Positions 7,917 to 15,525 are shown, numbered from the stretch's first letter. The stretch is DNA of 19,577 bases from a virus (IMGVR_UViG_2671180460_000010:1-19577); one strand, 5' to 3'. A program made the numbers and translations. Notes: generated from the sequence alone by a model not told the origin.

Positions 7917-8325
7917 ACACATCCGCATGGCGATGAATGCCTGGGCACATCTGAACGGTGAAAAAGTTCCGGCTGCGAAAATTACCAAAGCGTATTTCGA
8001 ACTGGGTATGACGTTCCCGGAACTGTACGACGACAGCCATCCGGAAGCCCTGGGCCGTAACACCCAGAAAATTTTCCGCTGGGTGGAGAAAGACACTCCT
8101 GATGCGGTTAAAAAAATTCAGGCGTTGTTACCAGCGATCGAAAAAGCGATGCCGCCTCCGCTGGTGGCCCGAATGCGCAGCCACAGTTCCGCTTATTTTC
8201 GGGAGTTGGTAGAGACGAAGGAACGGCTGGTGAAAGATATTGATGATTTCGTTGCATCAGCGATCGTTCTGTTCGATCAGATGAATCGTGGTGGCCCGGC
8301 AGGAAACACTCTGGCTGTGCATTAA
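7900..8325 (+). CDS. ydaT: YdaT-family protein (CII-like / putative toxin of the debated YdaS-YdaT pair)
   Basis: 141-aa ORF starting MKIKHEHI, overlapping the YdaS-like gene by 17 nt. Same position as ydaT in Rac-type immunity regions. Confidence 0.7.
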   Translation: MKIKHEHIRMAMNAWAHLNGEKVPAAKITKAYFELGMTFPELYDDSHPEALGRNTQKIFRWVEKDTPDAVKKIQALLPAIEKAMPPPLVARMRSHSSAYFRELVETKERLVKDIDDFVASAIVLFDQMNRGGPAGNTLAVH

Positions 8326-8338
8326 TTGGGTAATAAAT

Positions 8339-8848
8339 ATGAGTAATGACAAAAAATTGACACTGAGCGTTTACGAAAACAGTCCGCACATCTGGCGTGG
8401 CGGTTTATCTGATGTGGAGCTGGCAGAGTGGTTGATACATAAAGCTAATGCGCTGCTCTGGCGTTTGTCAGCCAGAGAGCAGCGCAAGGAAACCAGAATA
8501 AAGCTGGCTGATGCAGAAGCGTGTGCCGGGCTTATTGAGGATTATACAAATCTTGGTATTTCTTCAGCAGAGAGTGATCCCATTCAGCCTCTGAGCAGGG
8601 AGTCAATCCAGCACGCTGGTTGTATGGCACATCTTGTAACTGCTCGTCAACATGAGGTGGGTATTGGATCACTTCCGGTGGGATATTCGCTGATTACAGA
8701 GCTGGTTGAAGCAAGAAAATCAGTTCAGAAAAAGAGAGATGACGCACTTCAATTATTGAGAGAGCACTATGGCGCGATACCAGAATGCGAACAGCGTCGA
8801 TACCCTGAAGGTTATGAATGGATGCAGTCTCTTTTTGAAGCTCGCTAA
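8339..8848 (+). CDS. Hypothetical protein (169 aa)
   Basis: ORF starting at internal Met (MSNDKKLTLSV) immediately after the YdaT-like gene, in the early-right operon. No assignable motif. Confidence 0.55.
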   Translation: MSNDKKLTLSVYENSPHIWRGGLSDVELAEWLIHKANALLWRLSAREQRKETRIKLADAEACAGLIEDYTNLGISSAESDPIQPLSRESIQHAGCMAHLVTARQHEVGIGSLPVGYSLITELVEARKSVQKKRDDALQLLREHYGAIPECEQRRYPEGYEWMQSLFEAR

Positions 8849-9065
8849 TCAATATGTCGAGACGAAGGTATGTTTCGGCGCGCAGCCAGGCTCTGTAATC
8901 CGGGAGCATTTCGGGGCTGTTACACCAGCGGTTTGTTGCTGCAACATTTAATACGTGAGCCTGATAAAGGCTTTTCAAAAAATACATGTCGAACCTCCTC
9001 TGGTTCTGTCGATTGGGAACCACAGATTATATCCGGAGGAAGGTTCGGCACCAGATGAGGTAGCC

Positions 9066-10175
9066 ATGCGTGATTACGCAAAAGTTTCTCCGCGATTCTG
9101 GCTGGGAGAAACGGGGAGAGAACTTAGAAAGGCGGGTGCAGAAGCGCAAGTTGTTGCTTTTTACCTGATGACATCCCCTCACGCAAATATGCTGGGTTTG
9201 TATTACCTGCCAGTTTTATACCTTGCTCATGAAACCGGGCTTGGTCTGGAAGGGGCTTCAAAGGGGCTTAAAAGGGCTGTTGAAGCTGGTTTTTGTAGCT
9301 ATGACCATGATGCCGAGATGGTCTGGGTCCATGAAATGGCAGCCTGGCAGGTTGGGGAAACGTTGAAGCCTGGCGATAACCGTTGTGCAGGTGTCAGGAA
9401 TGAGTATGCATCATTACCTGAAAACGCTTTTCTGTCAGCGTTTTACGACAGATATAAAACGGATTTCCATCTGGATGTGAGGCGGAATAATAGCCGAAAT
9501 TCGGTAAGGGGCTTCGAAGGGGCTTTTAAGGGGCTTCGAAGCCAAGAACAGGAGCAGGAGAAAGAACAGGAACAGGACAAAAACACTATAGCTCATGGCG
9601 AAAAAAACACCACGAACCAGGCAGGGGATGTTCAGACCGTAAATTCTGGTCAGCCAGCAGGCACGACACCGGAAGCCGATTCGGCGTATGCGCTGAAAGC
9701 CGATTCGGGCGCTGTGCAGCAGGTGATGACCGCAGGGTCGGAGCAATCACACCAACTGCAGCAGCCTGAAGCCGATTCCGCCATTCAGCGGGAAGCCGAT
9801 CGGGTAGTCCCGGAAAACACCGGGCGGCCTGTGGGACGAGTGGATTATCCGGATGTGTTCGAACAGGTCTGGCGGGAATACCCGTTGCGTGCCGGGGCAA
9901 ACCCGAAGAAATCCGCATTCAGTGCCTGGAAGGCCAGATTGCGCGAGGGGGTGCCACCAGAGACCATGCTGGATGGTGTGAGGCGTTACGCGAGATACCT
10001 GGCGGCGACCGGGAAAGCGGGAACGGAATTTGTTCAGCGAGCGACGACGTTTTTTGGACCGGACCGGAATTTTGAAAACCCCTGGTTGCTCCCGGTAAGC
10101 GGCACGAACAACCAGCGTTGCGTGAATCACATTTCTGAACCGGATACCGAAATTCCGCCGGGGTTCAGGGGGTAA
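9066..10175 (+). CDS. Replication initiation protein (lambda O-like / replisome organiser) with internal iterons
   Basis: Long ORF directly upstream of a DnaC-like gene with a 6-nt gap. ATG at 9066 has a GAGG RBS; an in-frame GTG at 8955 is an alternative start. The coding sequence contains two clusters of 11-bp-phased AAGGGGCTT repeats and an A-rich tract, as in lambdoid O genes that contain ori. Confidence 0.6.
   Translation: MRDYAKVSPRFWLGETGRELRKAGAEAQVVAFYLMTSPHANMLGLYYLPVLYLAHETGLGLEGASKGLKRAVEAGFCSYDHDAEMVWVHEMAAWQVGETLKPGDNRCAGVRNEYASLPENAFLSAFYDRYKTDFHLDVRRNNSRNSVRGFEGAFKGLRSQEQEQEKEQEQDKNTIAHGEKNTTNQAGDVQTVNSGQPAGTTPEADSAYALKADSGAVQQVMTAGSEQSHQLQQPEADSAIQREADRVVPENTGRPVGRVDYPDVFEQVWREYPLRAGANPKKSAFSAWKARLREGVPPETMLDGVRRYARYLAATGKAGTEFVQRATTFFGPDRNFENPWLLPVSGTNNQRCVNHISEPDTEIPPGFRG
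9250..9620. repeat. Putative replication origin: iteron clusters (AAGGGGCTT x3 at 9250..9279 and x3 at 9506..9540, 11-bp phasing) plus A-rich tract (9545..9620)
   Basis: Direct reading. Repeats start at 9250, 9261 and roughly 9271, and at 9506, 9517 and 9528. They are followed by caggagcaggagaaagaacaggaacaggacaaaaacac...aaaaaaacacc. Confidence 0.4.
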
Positions 10176-10181
10176 CGGGTT

Positions 10182-10928
10182 ATGAAAAATATTGCGGCAG
10201 GTGGTGTTCTTGAACGCATCCGTAAGCTGGCCCCGCAGCATGTAACCGCGCCGTACCGGACAGTGGACGAGTGGCGAGAGTGGCAGCTTGCAGAAGGGCG
10301 AAAGCGTAGTGAGGAAATTAACCGCCAGAATCGCCAGATCCGGGTGGAGAAAATTATGAAGCGTTCCGGTATCCAACTGTTGCACCAGAAGTGTTCGTTT
10401 GCGAATTACCAGGTGAAGAACGACGGGCAACGATACGCGTTGAGCCAGGCGAAATCTATCGCCGATGAACTGATGACCGGATGCACAAATTTCGTGTTCA
10501 GCGGTAAGCCGGGTACCGGAAAGAACCACCTTGCAGCTGCCATTGGTAATCATCTTCTGACGAAAGGTCACAGCGTGATAGTGATAACGGTGGCAGATGT
10601 GATGCTGGCGTTACACGGCAGCTACGACAACAAGAACTCGGGCGAAAAATTTTTGCAGGGGTTGTGTGACGTCGATCTGCTGGTTCTGGATGAAATTGGT
10701 ATGCAGCGGGATACGCGCAATGAGCAGGTTACGCTGAACCAGATAGTCGATCGCAGAACGGCCTCGATGCGTAGTGTCGGAATGCTGACAAATCTGAACC
10801 ACACGGCAATGAGCGCCCTTTTAGGCGAACGGGTGATGGACCGCATGACCATGAACGGTGGTCGCTGGGTGAATTTTAACTGGGAGAGCTGGCGTTCAAA
10901 TGTCAGCCATTTAAGGGTTGTGAAGTAA
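10182..10928 (+). CDS. DnaC-like replicative helicase loader (IstB-like AAA+ ATPase)
   Basis: Walker A (FSGKPGTGKNHLAAA) and Walker B (LLVLDEIG) motifs. Tightly follows the O-like gene. 248 aa. Confidence 0.9.
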   Translation: MKNIAAGGVLERIRKLAPQHVTAPYRTVDEWREWQLAEGRKRSEEINRQNRQIRVEKIMKRSGIQLLHQKCSFANYQVKNDGQRYALSQAKSIADELMTGCTNFVFSGKPGTGKNHLAAAIGNHLLTKGHSVIVITVADVMLALHGSYDNKNSGEKFLQGLCDVDLLVLDEIGMQRDTRNEQVTLNQIVDRRTASMRSVGMLTNLNHTAMSALLGERVMDRMTMNGGRWVNFNWESWRSNVSHLRVVK

Positions 10929-10942
10929 TTTCAGGAGGACTC

Positions 10943-11335
10943 ATGGCAAGCGTTTTTACACCCGAACAGCGGGAAGAACTGAAGGCACGAATTATCGGGC
11001 TGATACACAGGAACAAACGCATGACGATGTCGCAACTGGAGAGGGAAACGGGGGCGGGCTGGCATACGGTCAGACGTTGTCTTGTGGATGTGGTTGCTTG
11101 TGGTGATTTGTACATATCCGGTAAACACGGTGTTTTTGTATCAGAACAGGCGTATCAGGCGTGGTGTAAAACTCCGAAGAAAGCTGACCCGGCACTGGTC
11201 CGGAAGTTACCTGATGGTGAAATCCGTCGCTACGACAGAGACATGAACATAATTTGCCGGGAATGCCGTAACAGCGAATCAATGCAACGTGTACTGGCGT
11301 TCTATCGGGGTAATTTTCAGGAGGTGATGGAGTGA
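10943..11335 (+). CDS. Hypothetical protein with N-terminal winged-helix-like segment (130 aa)
   Basis: ORF with AGGAGG RBS (tttcaggaggactcATG). Possible HTH at MSQLERETGAGWHTVRRCL. Its stop overlaps the next gene's start (GTGA). Confidence 0.6.
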   Translation: MASVFTPEQREELKARIIGLIHRNKRMTMSQLERETGAGWHTVRRCLVDVVACGDLYISGKHGVFVSEQAYQAWCKTPKKADPALVRKLPDGEIRRYDRDMNIICRECRNSESMQRVLAFYRGNFQEVME

Positions 11336-11628
11336 GGGCGAGGGTTTATATCGCCGGTCCAATGACGGGCTATGAAAATTTCAACCGTGAAGCATTTCAC
11401 AGGGCGGAAGAGGAACTGAAACGGGAAGGGCATACCGTCTTAAACCCGGCAGTACTTCCGGACGGACTGACTCAGTCGCAGTACATGGATATCTGCATGG
11501 CGATGATACGTTGCGTGGATGCGATTTACATGCTGAATGGCTGGCAGCGGTCGGCGGGTGCCAGGGCAGAACTGGCGCTGGCGGAGAAGCTGGGGCATGC
11601 AGTTATTTTCCAGGAGGAGGTACAGTGA
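11332..11628 (+). CDS. DUF4406-like protein (nucleoside 2-deoxyribosyltransferase-like fold)
   Basis: GTG start with AGGAGG RBS 8 nt upstream. N-terminal VYIAGPMTG motif typical of this family. 98 aa. Confidence 0.65.
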   Translation: MRARVYIAGPMTGYENFNREAFHRAEEELKREGHTVLNPAVLPDGLTQSQYMDICMAMIRCVDAIYMLNGWQRSAGARAELALAEKLGHAVIFQEEVQ

Positions 11629-11909
11629 ATATCGACGCAACAATGACGATTGGTACGGCCCTCAATACGGGGCTGGCGCTTCTTGGTTGGTGCTACGTCA
11701 TGTTCTGCTCATGGCGGTGGCTGTCACTGATGTTACTGAAAAAATGGAATAAACGCTGTAAACAGACGCAGCGGCAGAAGGCAATGAATGCGTTTGTTGA
11801 GACCTTCGATATTGACAGTATGGAACCAGGAGAGCCAGCTCGCGTGATTAGCAGAGGTGACGTTGTAATTCTTGTATACCGGAGTGAAGAGAAAAATGAG
11901 CGAAATTAA
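11625..11909 (+). CDS. Small hypothetical membrane protein (94 aa)
   Basis: GTG start overlapping the upstream stop (GTGA), with AGGAGGAGG RBS. One strongly hydrophobic segment (TIGTALNTGLALLGWCYVMFCSWRWLSLMLL). An alternative ATG start lies at 11640. Confidence 0.45.
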   Translation: MNIDATMTIGTALNTGLALLGWCYVMFCSWRWLSLMLLKKWNKRCKQTQRQKAMNAFVETFDIDSMEPGEPARVISRGDVVILVYRSEEKNERN

Positions 11910-12052
11910 CTATCAGGCACTGCGTGAAGAAGAGAAAGCATAATCCAAATCTGAATAATTAAATTCAGCACTGTAAATAAAACTTAATCCTTAACCGGAG
12001 GGATTTCTGCACCCTCAGAACATCAGGAGGCCGCCCGAAAGGGTGGTAATGA

Positions 12053-12271
12053 ATGGTCACATTATTTAGAAAAAAATATCCGCGAAGGAGTAGAACAACA
12101 GAATTTTTGTTTCTCATTCTGTTTATCGTATTGATGATACCGATATCCCCGCTAATTTTTGTCTGGGCAATCGGGAAAATAATTGAGCCAGTTATTGAAT
12201 TGTATAACGACGTGGTGTGGGCGTCGTTCAACACACTGCACAATAAAATTAATCCGTATAAGGAAAGCTGA
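12053..12271 (+). CDS. Small hypothetical membrane protein (72 aa) in AT-rich segment
   Basis: ORF with GGTGG-type RBS. Hydrophobic core (FLFLILFIVLMIPISPLIFVWAIG). Its stop lies 1 nt before the HNH gene start. Confidence 0.35.
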   Translation: MVTLFRKKYPRRSRTTEFLFLILFIVLMIPISPLIFVWAIGKIIEPVIELYNDVVWASFNTLHNKINPYKES

Positions 12272-12272
12272 T

Positions 12273-12638
12273 ATGGCACTGACGAAAAAACAACGTGCAG
12301 AGCTGCGCATGAAGTTCGGCGGTCGCTGTGCTTATTGCGGCTGCGAACTTGGCGAAAAGTGGCATGCAGACCATGTAAAACCGGTCATTCGTTTTGATGG
12401 AAATATGCTTCACCAGGAACGTGACGATATATCCAACATGGTTCCGGCATGCCACCCATGCAATCTGCACAAGCATTGCAGTAGTCTGGAAGATTATCGG
12501 CGAATTATCAGTGATGGTCGTCGTGAATTCCTTGCGTCCGGGAAAGGCAAAGCGCTGGTTCGTATGGGATTGGTTGAAATGAAATCTGACCCGGTTGTGT
12601 TCTGGTTTGAAAAATATCAAGAAGGGGCTACGGCATGA
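12273..12638 (+). CDS. HNH endonuclease
   Basis: Start at ATG 12273 with AAGGAAAG RBS. Cys/His HNH pattern: CAYCGC...WHADHVKP...NMVPACHPCNLHK. Confidence 0.8.
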   Translation: MALTKKQRAELRMKFGGRCAYCGCELGEKWHADHVKPVIRFDGNMLHQERDDISNMVPACHPCNLHKHCSSLEDYRRIISDGRREFLASGKGKALVRMGLVEMKSDPVVFWFEKYQEGATA

Positions 12639-13033
12639 CCACTTTTACCAATAGCAAACTAACAGACGAATACGTTTCAAATGCAACGTTGATTCGGCTC
12701 ATTCTGTGGGCTGACCAGCACAATAGCCATTATGTTGTAGCGGCTCTGCGCGAGCTACAGGAGCGCCGCAAGGCTGATAGTGTGTCTGTAGAAATCAACG
12801 ACGACATGGCTTACGCATTCCATCATGCACTGTCAGACTCATCTCCAGGTGCTGATGAGGTAGAGGAAATTAAGGCCGGGTTGCGTGCTGCCTTTGCCAA
12901 TGTCACTGTCCAGCCGGTGCTGATAGTGCCGGATGAAATGGATTTGCTTACCTGCCATCTCGACGGTGTAACTGAAACATATGCTGATGGCTGGAACGCC
13001 TGCCGCGCCACCATGCTTAAGGGAGATAAATAA
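12635..13033 (+). CDS. Hypothetical protein (132 aa)
   Basis: ORF in the operon, overlapping the HNH stop by 4 nt. No assignable motif. Confidence 0.55.
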   Translation: MTTFTNSKLTDEYVSNATLIRLILWADQHNSHYVVAALRELQERRKADSVSVEINDDMAYAFHHALSDSSPGADEVEEIKAGLRAAFANVTVQPVLIVPDEMDLLTCHLDGVTETYADGWNACRATMLKGDK

Positions 13034-13617
13034 TGATTAATCGAACCAAACTGGAACACATTCTCGAATATGCCAGGCAGCAGAAATGTATTGGGCAACT
13101 TTGTAAAATTCCACCAGGAGATATGGTTGAAATCGTGGAAATGGCCATGCGTAAGGCTGGCAACTCTCCGGTAACTCCGGCTCGCCTGCCTGGCGGTTTC
13201 ACCATTGAGGATGCGAAGGAGTTACATGAAGACCTGGTACGCAGCCACATAAGCCAGGCTTTAAGTTGTGAGAGGATGAAAAAGAACGATCGCGATGCTG
13301 ATTTGCGCTGGATTCATGGCGTTATAGTTCAGGCCGCGTGGTTTGTAAAAGCGTCACTGGAGCAGAATGCGCTAACGGGCAACTCTCCGGTAACACCGGC
13401 TGACTGGATAAGCTGTAGTGAGCGAATGCCTGAAAAGAACCAGAACGTGCTTATTTCGGTGAATTTCGATAGCTCTCTGGTTGAACCGCTAATATGCTCC
13501 GCACGCTATACAGGAAGCACATTCCGGCGAGGAGAAGCAACGATTAAGCCGGGTAATGGTATTGAGCAGGCAACTCACTGGATGCCGCTACCGGAGCCAC
13601 CGCAGGAGGTGAACTGA
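13033..13617 (+). CDS. DUF551-like phage protein with internal GNSPVTPA repeat
   Basis: C-terminal HWMPLPEPP motif characteristic of DUF551. A 24-nt near-exact direct repeat within the gene encodes GNSPVTPA twice. Confidence 0.65.
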   Translation: MINRTKLEHILEYARQQKCIGQLCKIPPGDMVEIVEMAMRKAGNSPVTPARLPGGFTIEDAKELHEDLVRSHISQALSCERMKKNDRDADLRWIHGVIVQAAWFVKASLEQNALTGNSPVTPADWISCSERMPEKNQNVLISVNFDSSLVEPLICSARYTGSTFRRGEATIKPGNGIEQATHWMPLPEPPQEVN

Positions 13618-14012
13618 TGAAAAATGAAGTCGACAATGTTATCACCCTTGTACAGCCAAAATCAGAGGAGGAAGGACTCCTCAACGTTGTGATAACCGAC
13701 AGAAAAAGCGTCGAGCAAAAATGCTGTCAGCATTTCCGTACAACAATTTCAGAAGTGAATCGTACGATTACCTGCAAACGGTGTGGATTGGCTTTAGATC
13801 CGTTTGAACTTGTTCTCGACCGTGCGAGAAACGGTGAAAACATCGTGTCAGAGATTAAATCACTCTATACAAAGCGGGATGCTCTTCGTGAAGCTGTGGC
13901 AAAACTTGAACGTGAAGAGAAAAACGCCAAAGCGCGGTTACGAGCAGTCAGGACAGCAATACTGTATGCGGAAAATGACCTTAAAAATATTGAGCAGGAG
14001 GTGAATCGATGA
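13617..14012 (+). CDS. Hypothetical protein with Cys-rich N-terminal half and coiled-coil-like C-terminus (131 aa)
   Basis: ORF with ATGA overlap to the upstream gene. KCCQHF...TCKRCG motif; Lys/Glu/Arg-rich C-terminal helix. Confidence 0.55.
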   Translation: MKNEVDNVITLVQPKSEEEGLLNVVITDRKSVEQKCCQHFRTTISEVNRTITCKRCGLALDPFELVLDRARNGENIVSEIKSLYTKRDALREAVAKLEREEKNAKARLRAVRTAILYAENDLKNIEQEVNR

Positions 14013-14086
14013 CCGAAGCATTCACAACGGCAGGAATTGCGATGGCGGTGGCGCTGGTGGTGTATTCGATTTGCCGCTGGGGATAA
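14009..14086 (+). CDS. Possible 25-aa hydrophobic peptide (MTEAFTTAGIAMAVALVVYSICRWG)
   Basis: ATGA-coupled to the upstream gene, AGGAGG 6 to 7 nt upstream, and followed immediately by a terminator. Too short for confident calling. Confidence 0.3.
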   Translation: MTEAFTTAGIAMAVALVVYSICRWG

Positions 14087-14092
14087 CAAACA

Positions 14093-14122
14093 AAAACCCC
14101 GGATTGACGGTCCGGGGTTTTT
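14093..14122 (+). terminator. Rho-independent terminator ending the nin-like operon
   Basis: CCCCGGA-ttgacgg-TCCGGGG stem-loop followed by TTTTT. Confidence 0.7.
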
Positions 14123-14344
14123 GAAGGAAACAAACAGAAACAACAATTGCCGTTATCTGTTGCCACCAATGACAAGTAAACGTATCTCAGGCGAGCGCAT
14201 TGCGCCGTTCTGACGCGGATACATTAGCCTGGGCAGAAGGTTCTGGCAATAAAAAATAGCGTTTTCTTATCGGTGTCGGTAAGATTGTTGCGGGTGCTTG
14301 AGGCTGTCTGCCTCGGGCATGCCACTGTAAGGCAGACAGAGAAA

Positions 14345-14447
14345 AGCCCCAGTTAACATCACGCGTCCTGCAAGACGCTTAACATTAATCTGAGGCTCAA
14401 TCCATGCTGAACACATGTAGGTTAGCCTCTTACGTGCCGAAAGGCAA
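14345..14447 (-). ncRNA. Putative Sok-like antisense RNA and its promoter (type I antitoxin)
   Basis: Minus-strand promoter: -35 TTGCCT (plus coords 14442..14447), 17-nt spacer, -10 TAACCT (14419..14424). The architecture mirrors the R1 sok promoter, which sits antisense to the hok leader. The 3' end is not defined. Confidence 0.35.
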
Positions 14448-14460
14448 GGAGAAGCAGGCT

Positions 14461-14616
14461 ATGAAGCAGCAAAAGGCGATGTTAATCGCCCTGATCGTCA
14501 TCTGTTTAACCGTCATAGTGACGGCACTGGTAACGAGGAAAGACCTCTGCGAGGTACGAATCCGAACCGGCCAGACGGAGGTCGCTGTCTTCACAGCTTA
14601 CGAATCTGAGGAGTAA
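14461..14616 (+). CDS. hok: Hok/Gef-family type I toxin (51 aa)
   Basis: MKQQKAMLIALIVICLTVIVTALVTRKDLCEVRIRTGQTEVAVFTAYESEE is a near-match to the Hok/Gef family (HokD/RelF-like). The leader GGTGCTTGAGGCTGTCTGCC...AAGGAGAAG parallels the hok mRNA fold-back elements. The in-frame upstream extension from 14404 may correspond to a mok-like translational coupling frame. Confidence 0.85.
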   Translation: MKQQKAMLIALIVICLTVIVTALVTRKDLCEVRIRTGQTEVAVFTAYESEE

Positions 14617-14687
14617 GAGACCTGGCGGGGGGATTTTTATCCCCCGCCACCTCTGATGTGTCAGGCATCCTCAACGCACCCGCACTT

Positions 14688-14710
14688 AACCCGCTTCGGC
14701 GGGTTTTTTC
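14688..14710 (+). terminator. Rho-independent terminator at the 3' end of the hok transcript
   Basis: CCCGC-ttcg-GCGGG followed by TTTTTT. A GGCGGGGGGA/TCCCCCGCC hairpin precedes it at 14624..14648. Confidence 0.7.
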
Positions 14711-14746
14711 ACGTACTGTGGTTGTGAATACGATTGGTATTAGGCT

Positions 14747-14765
14747 ATGCTAACAACATTAGCAT
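14747..14765. promoter_or_regulatory. Operator-like perfect inverted repeat ATGCTAA-caaca-TTAGCAT upstream of the antitoxin/Doc pair
   Basis: Direct reading; lies about 60 nt upstream of the small ORF at 14828, near TTGTGA/TATGCT and TTGACT promoter-like hexamers. Confidence 0.4.
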
Positions 14766-14827
14766 GACTAATTTTGTATTGACTTAATTTTTGTTAAAGA
14801 ACAGGACGGAGAAGTAAGGGTACACCA

Positions 14828-15007
14828 ATGAGCTACGCACTAAAAAAACACCCGCGATTGACTATTCCCCCTCGCGATAAAAGCGTTGTGGCAGATCCGC
14901 GCCCGGCTATCGATGAAAATTGTACTCATCGTGAGCAGGTGAAAAATGCTTTCGATTTCGGTTTTTCTCGTTACGAGAAGGCAATGGAAGATCTTTCAAA
15001 AGTGTAA
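14828..15007 (+). CDS. Small protein upstream of Doc-family toxin; putative cognate antitoxin (59 aa)
   Basis: Short ORF (below the ORF-track cutoff) with AAGGG RBS, ending 18 nt before the Doc-like gene. Typical antitoxin-toxin gene order. No family assignment possible from sequence alone. Confidence 0.45.
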   Translation: MSYALKKHPRLTIPPRDKSVVADPRPAIDENCTHREQVKNAFDFGFSRYEKAMEDLSKV

Positions 15008-15025
15008 TGATAGGTATTGTGCTCT

Positions 15026-15511
15026 ATGGCTGAGATTGTTGAAGGAGTGCACTACCTCTCGGTTGATGATCTTACTGAAATCAATCGCCTTTTAATTGAG
15101 CTTCAAACACCAGATGAACCTGTTGGTGTGCTGAGTGTTGATAATTTAAGTTCTTCTCAGTCTCGTCCCAGTATGGTTCGATGGTATGAGCAAACCAACG
15201 ACATGTTTGTACTGGCATCGGTATTGATTGAAAGTCTGATTCAGAATCATCCATTTGCCAATGCAAACAAGCGCACAGCAATGATGGCTGGTGCGGTTTT
15301 TTTATTGTTAAATGGATACGAATTAACCGCGCCAGGCGATGAAGTTGTGGAGATGGCTGAGGGGCTGGCCTGTAAAATTTATACACGAGAAGAGCTTGAA
15401 AATTGGTTGTGTTATTGGTCTCGTGCGTATGACAGTCGGGAATTATGTAAAACAGGCGCAACTATTGTTTTGTATGAAACGATCAAGCTTAAAATAGAAC
15501 AGCAAAACTAA
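15026..15511 (+). CDS. doc: Doc/Fic-family toxin (death-on-curing-like)
   Basis: Motif HPFANANKRTAMMAGAVFLLLNGY matches the Doc signature HxFx(D/N)ANKR. An alternative TTG start lies at 15017. Confidence 0.8.
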   Translation: MAEIVEGVHYLSVDDLTEINRLLIELQTPDEPVGVLSVDNLSSSQSRPSMVRWYEQTNDMFVLASVLIESLIQNHPFANANKRTAMMAGAVFLLLNGYELTAPGDEVVEMAEGLACKIYTREELENWLCYWSRAYDSRELCKTGATIVLYETIKLKIEQQN

Positions 15512-15525
15512 AGATGCTTCTAATG

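Noticed and set aside
8870-9058. 62-aa ORF upstream of the O-like gene
   Set aside because: It lies in the other frame over the possible N-terminal extension of the O-like gene, with no RBS. Likely spurious.
9250-9540. Possible CRISPR-like array suggested by repeated AAGGGGCTT units
   Set aside because: The repeats are only 9 to 11 bp, with no spacers of CRISPR size, and lie inside a coding sequence. They fit replication iterons, not CRISPR.
9747-10571. 274-aa minus-strand ORF antisense to the O-like and DnaC-like genes
   Set aside because: It is fully antisense to two well-supported genes with clear motifs. Long antisense ORFs are common in GC-rich coding sequence.
14404-14616. Treating the whole 70-aa ORF as the Hok toxin
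   Set aside because: The Hok family is about 50 aa and the conserved start MKQQKAM has its own RBS at 14461. The upstream in-frame part is better seen as a leader or mok-like coupling region.
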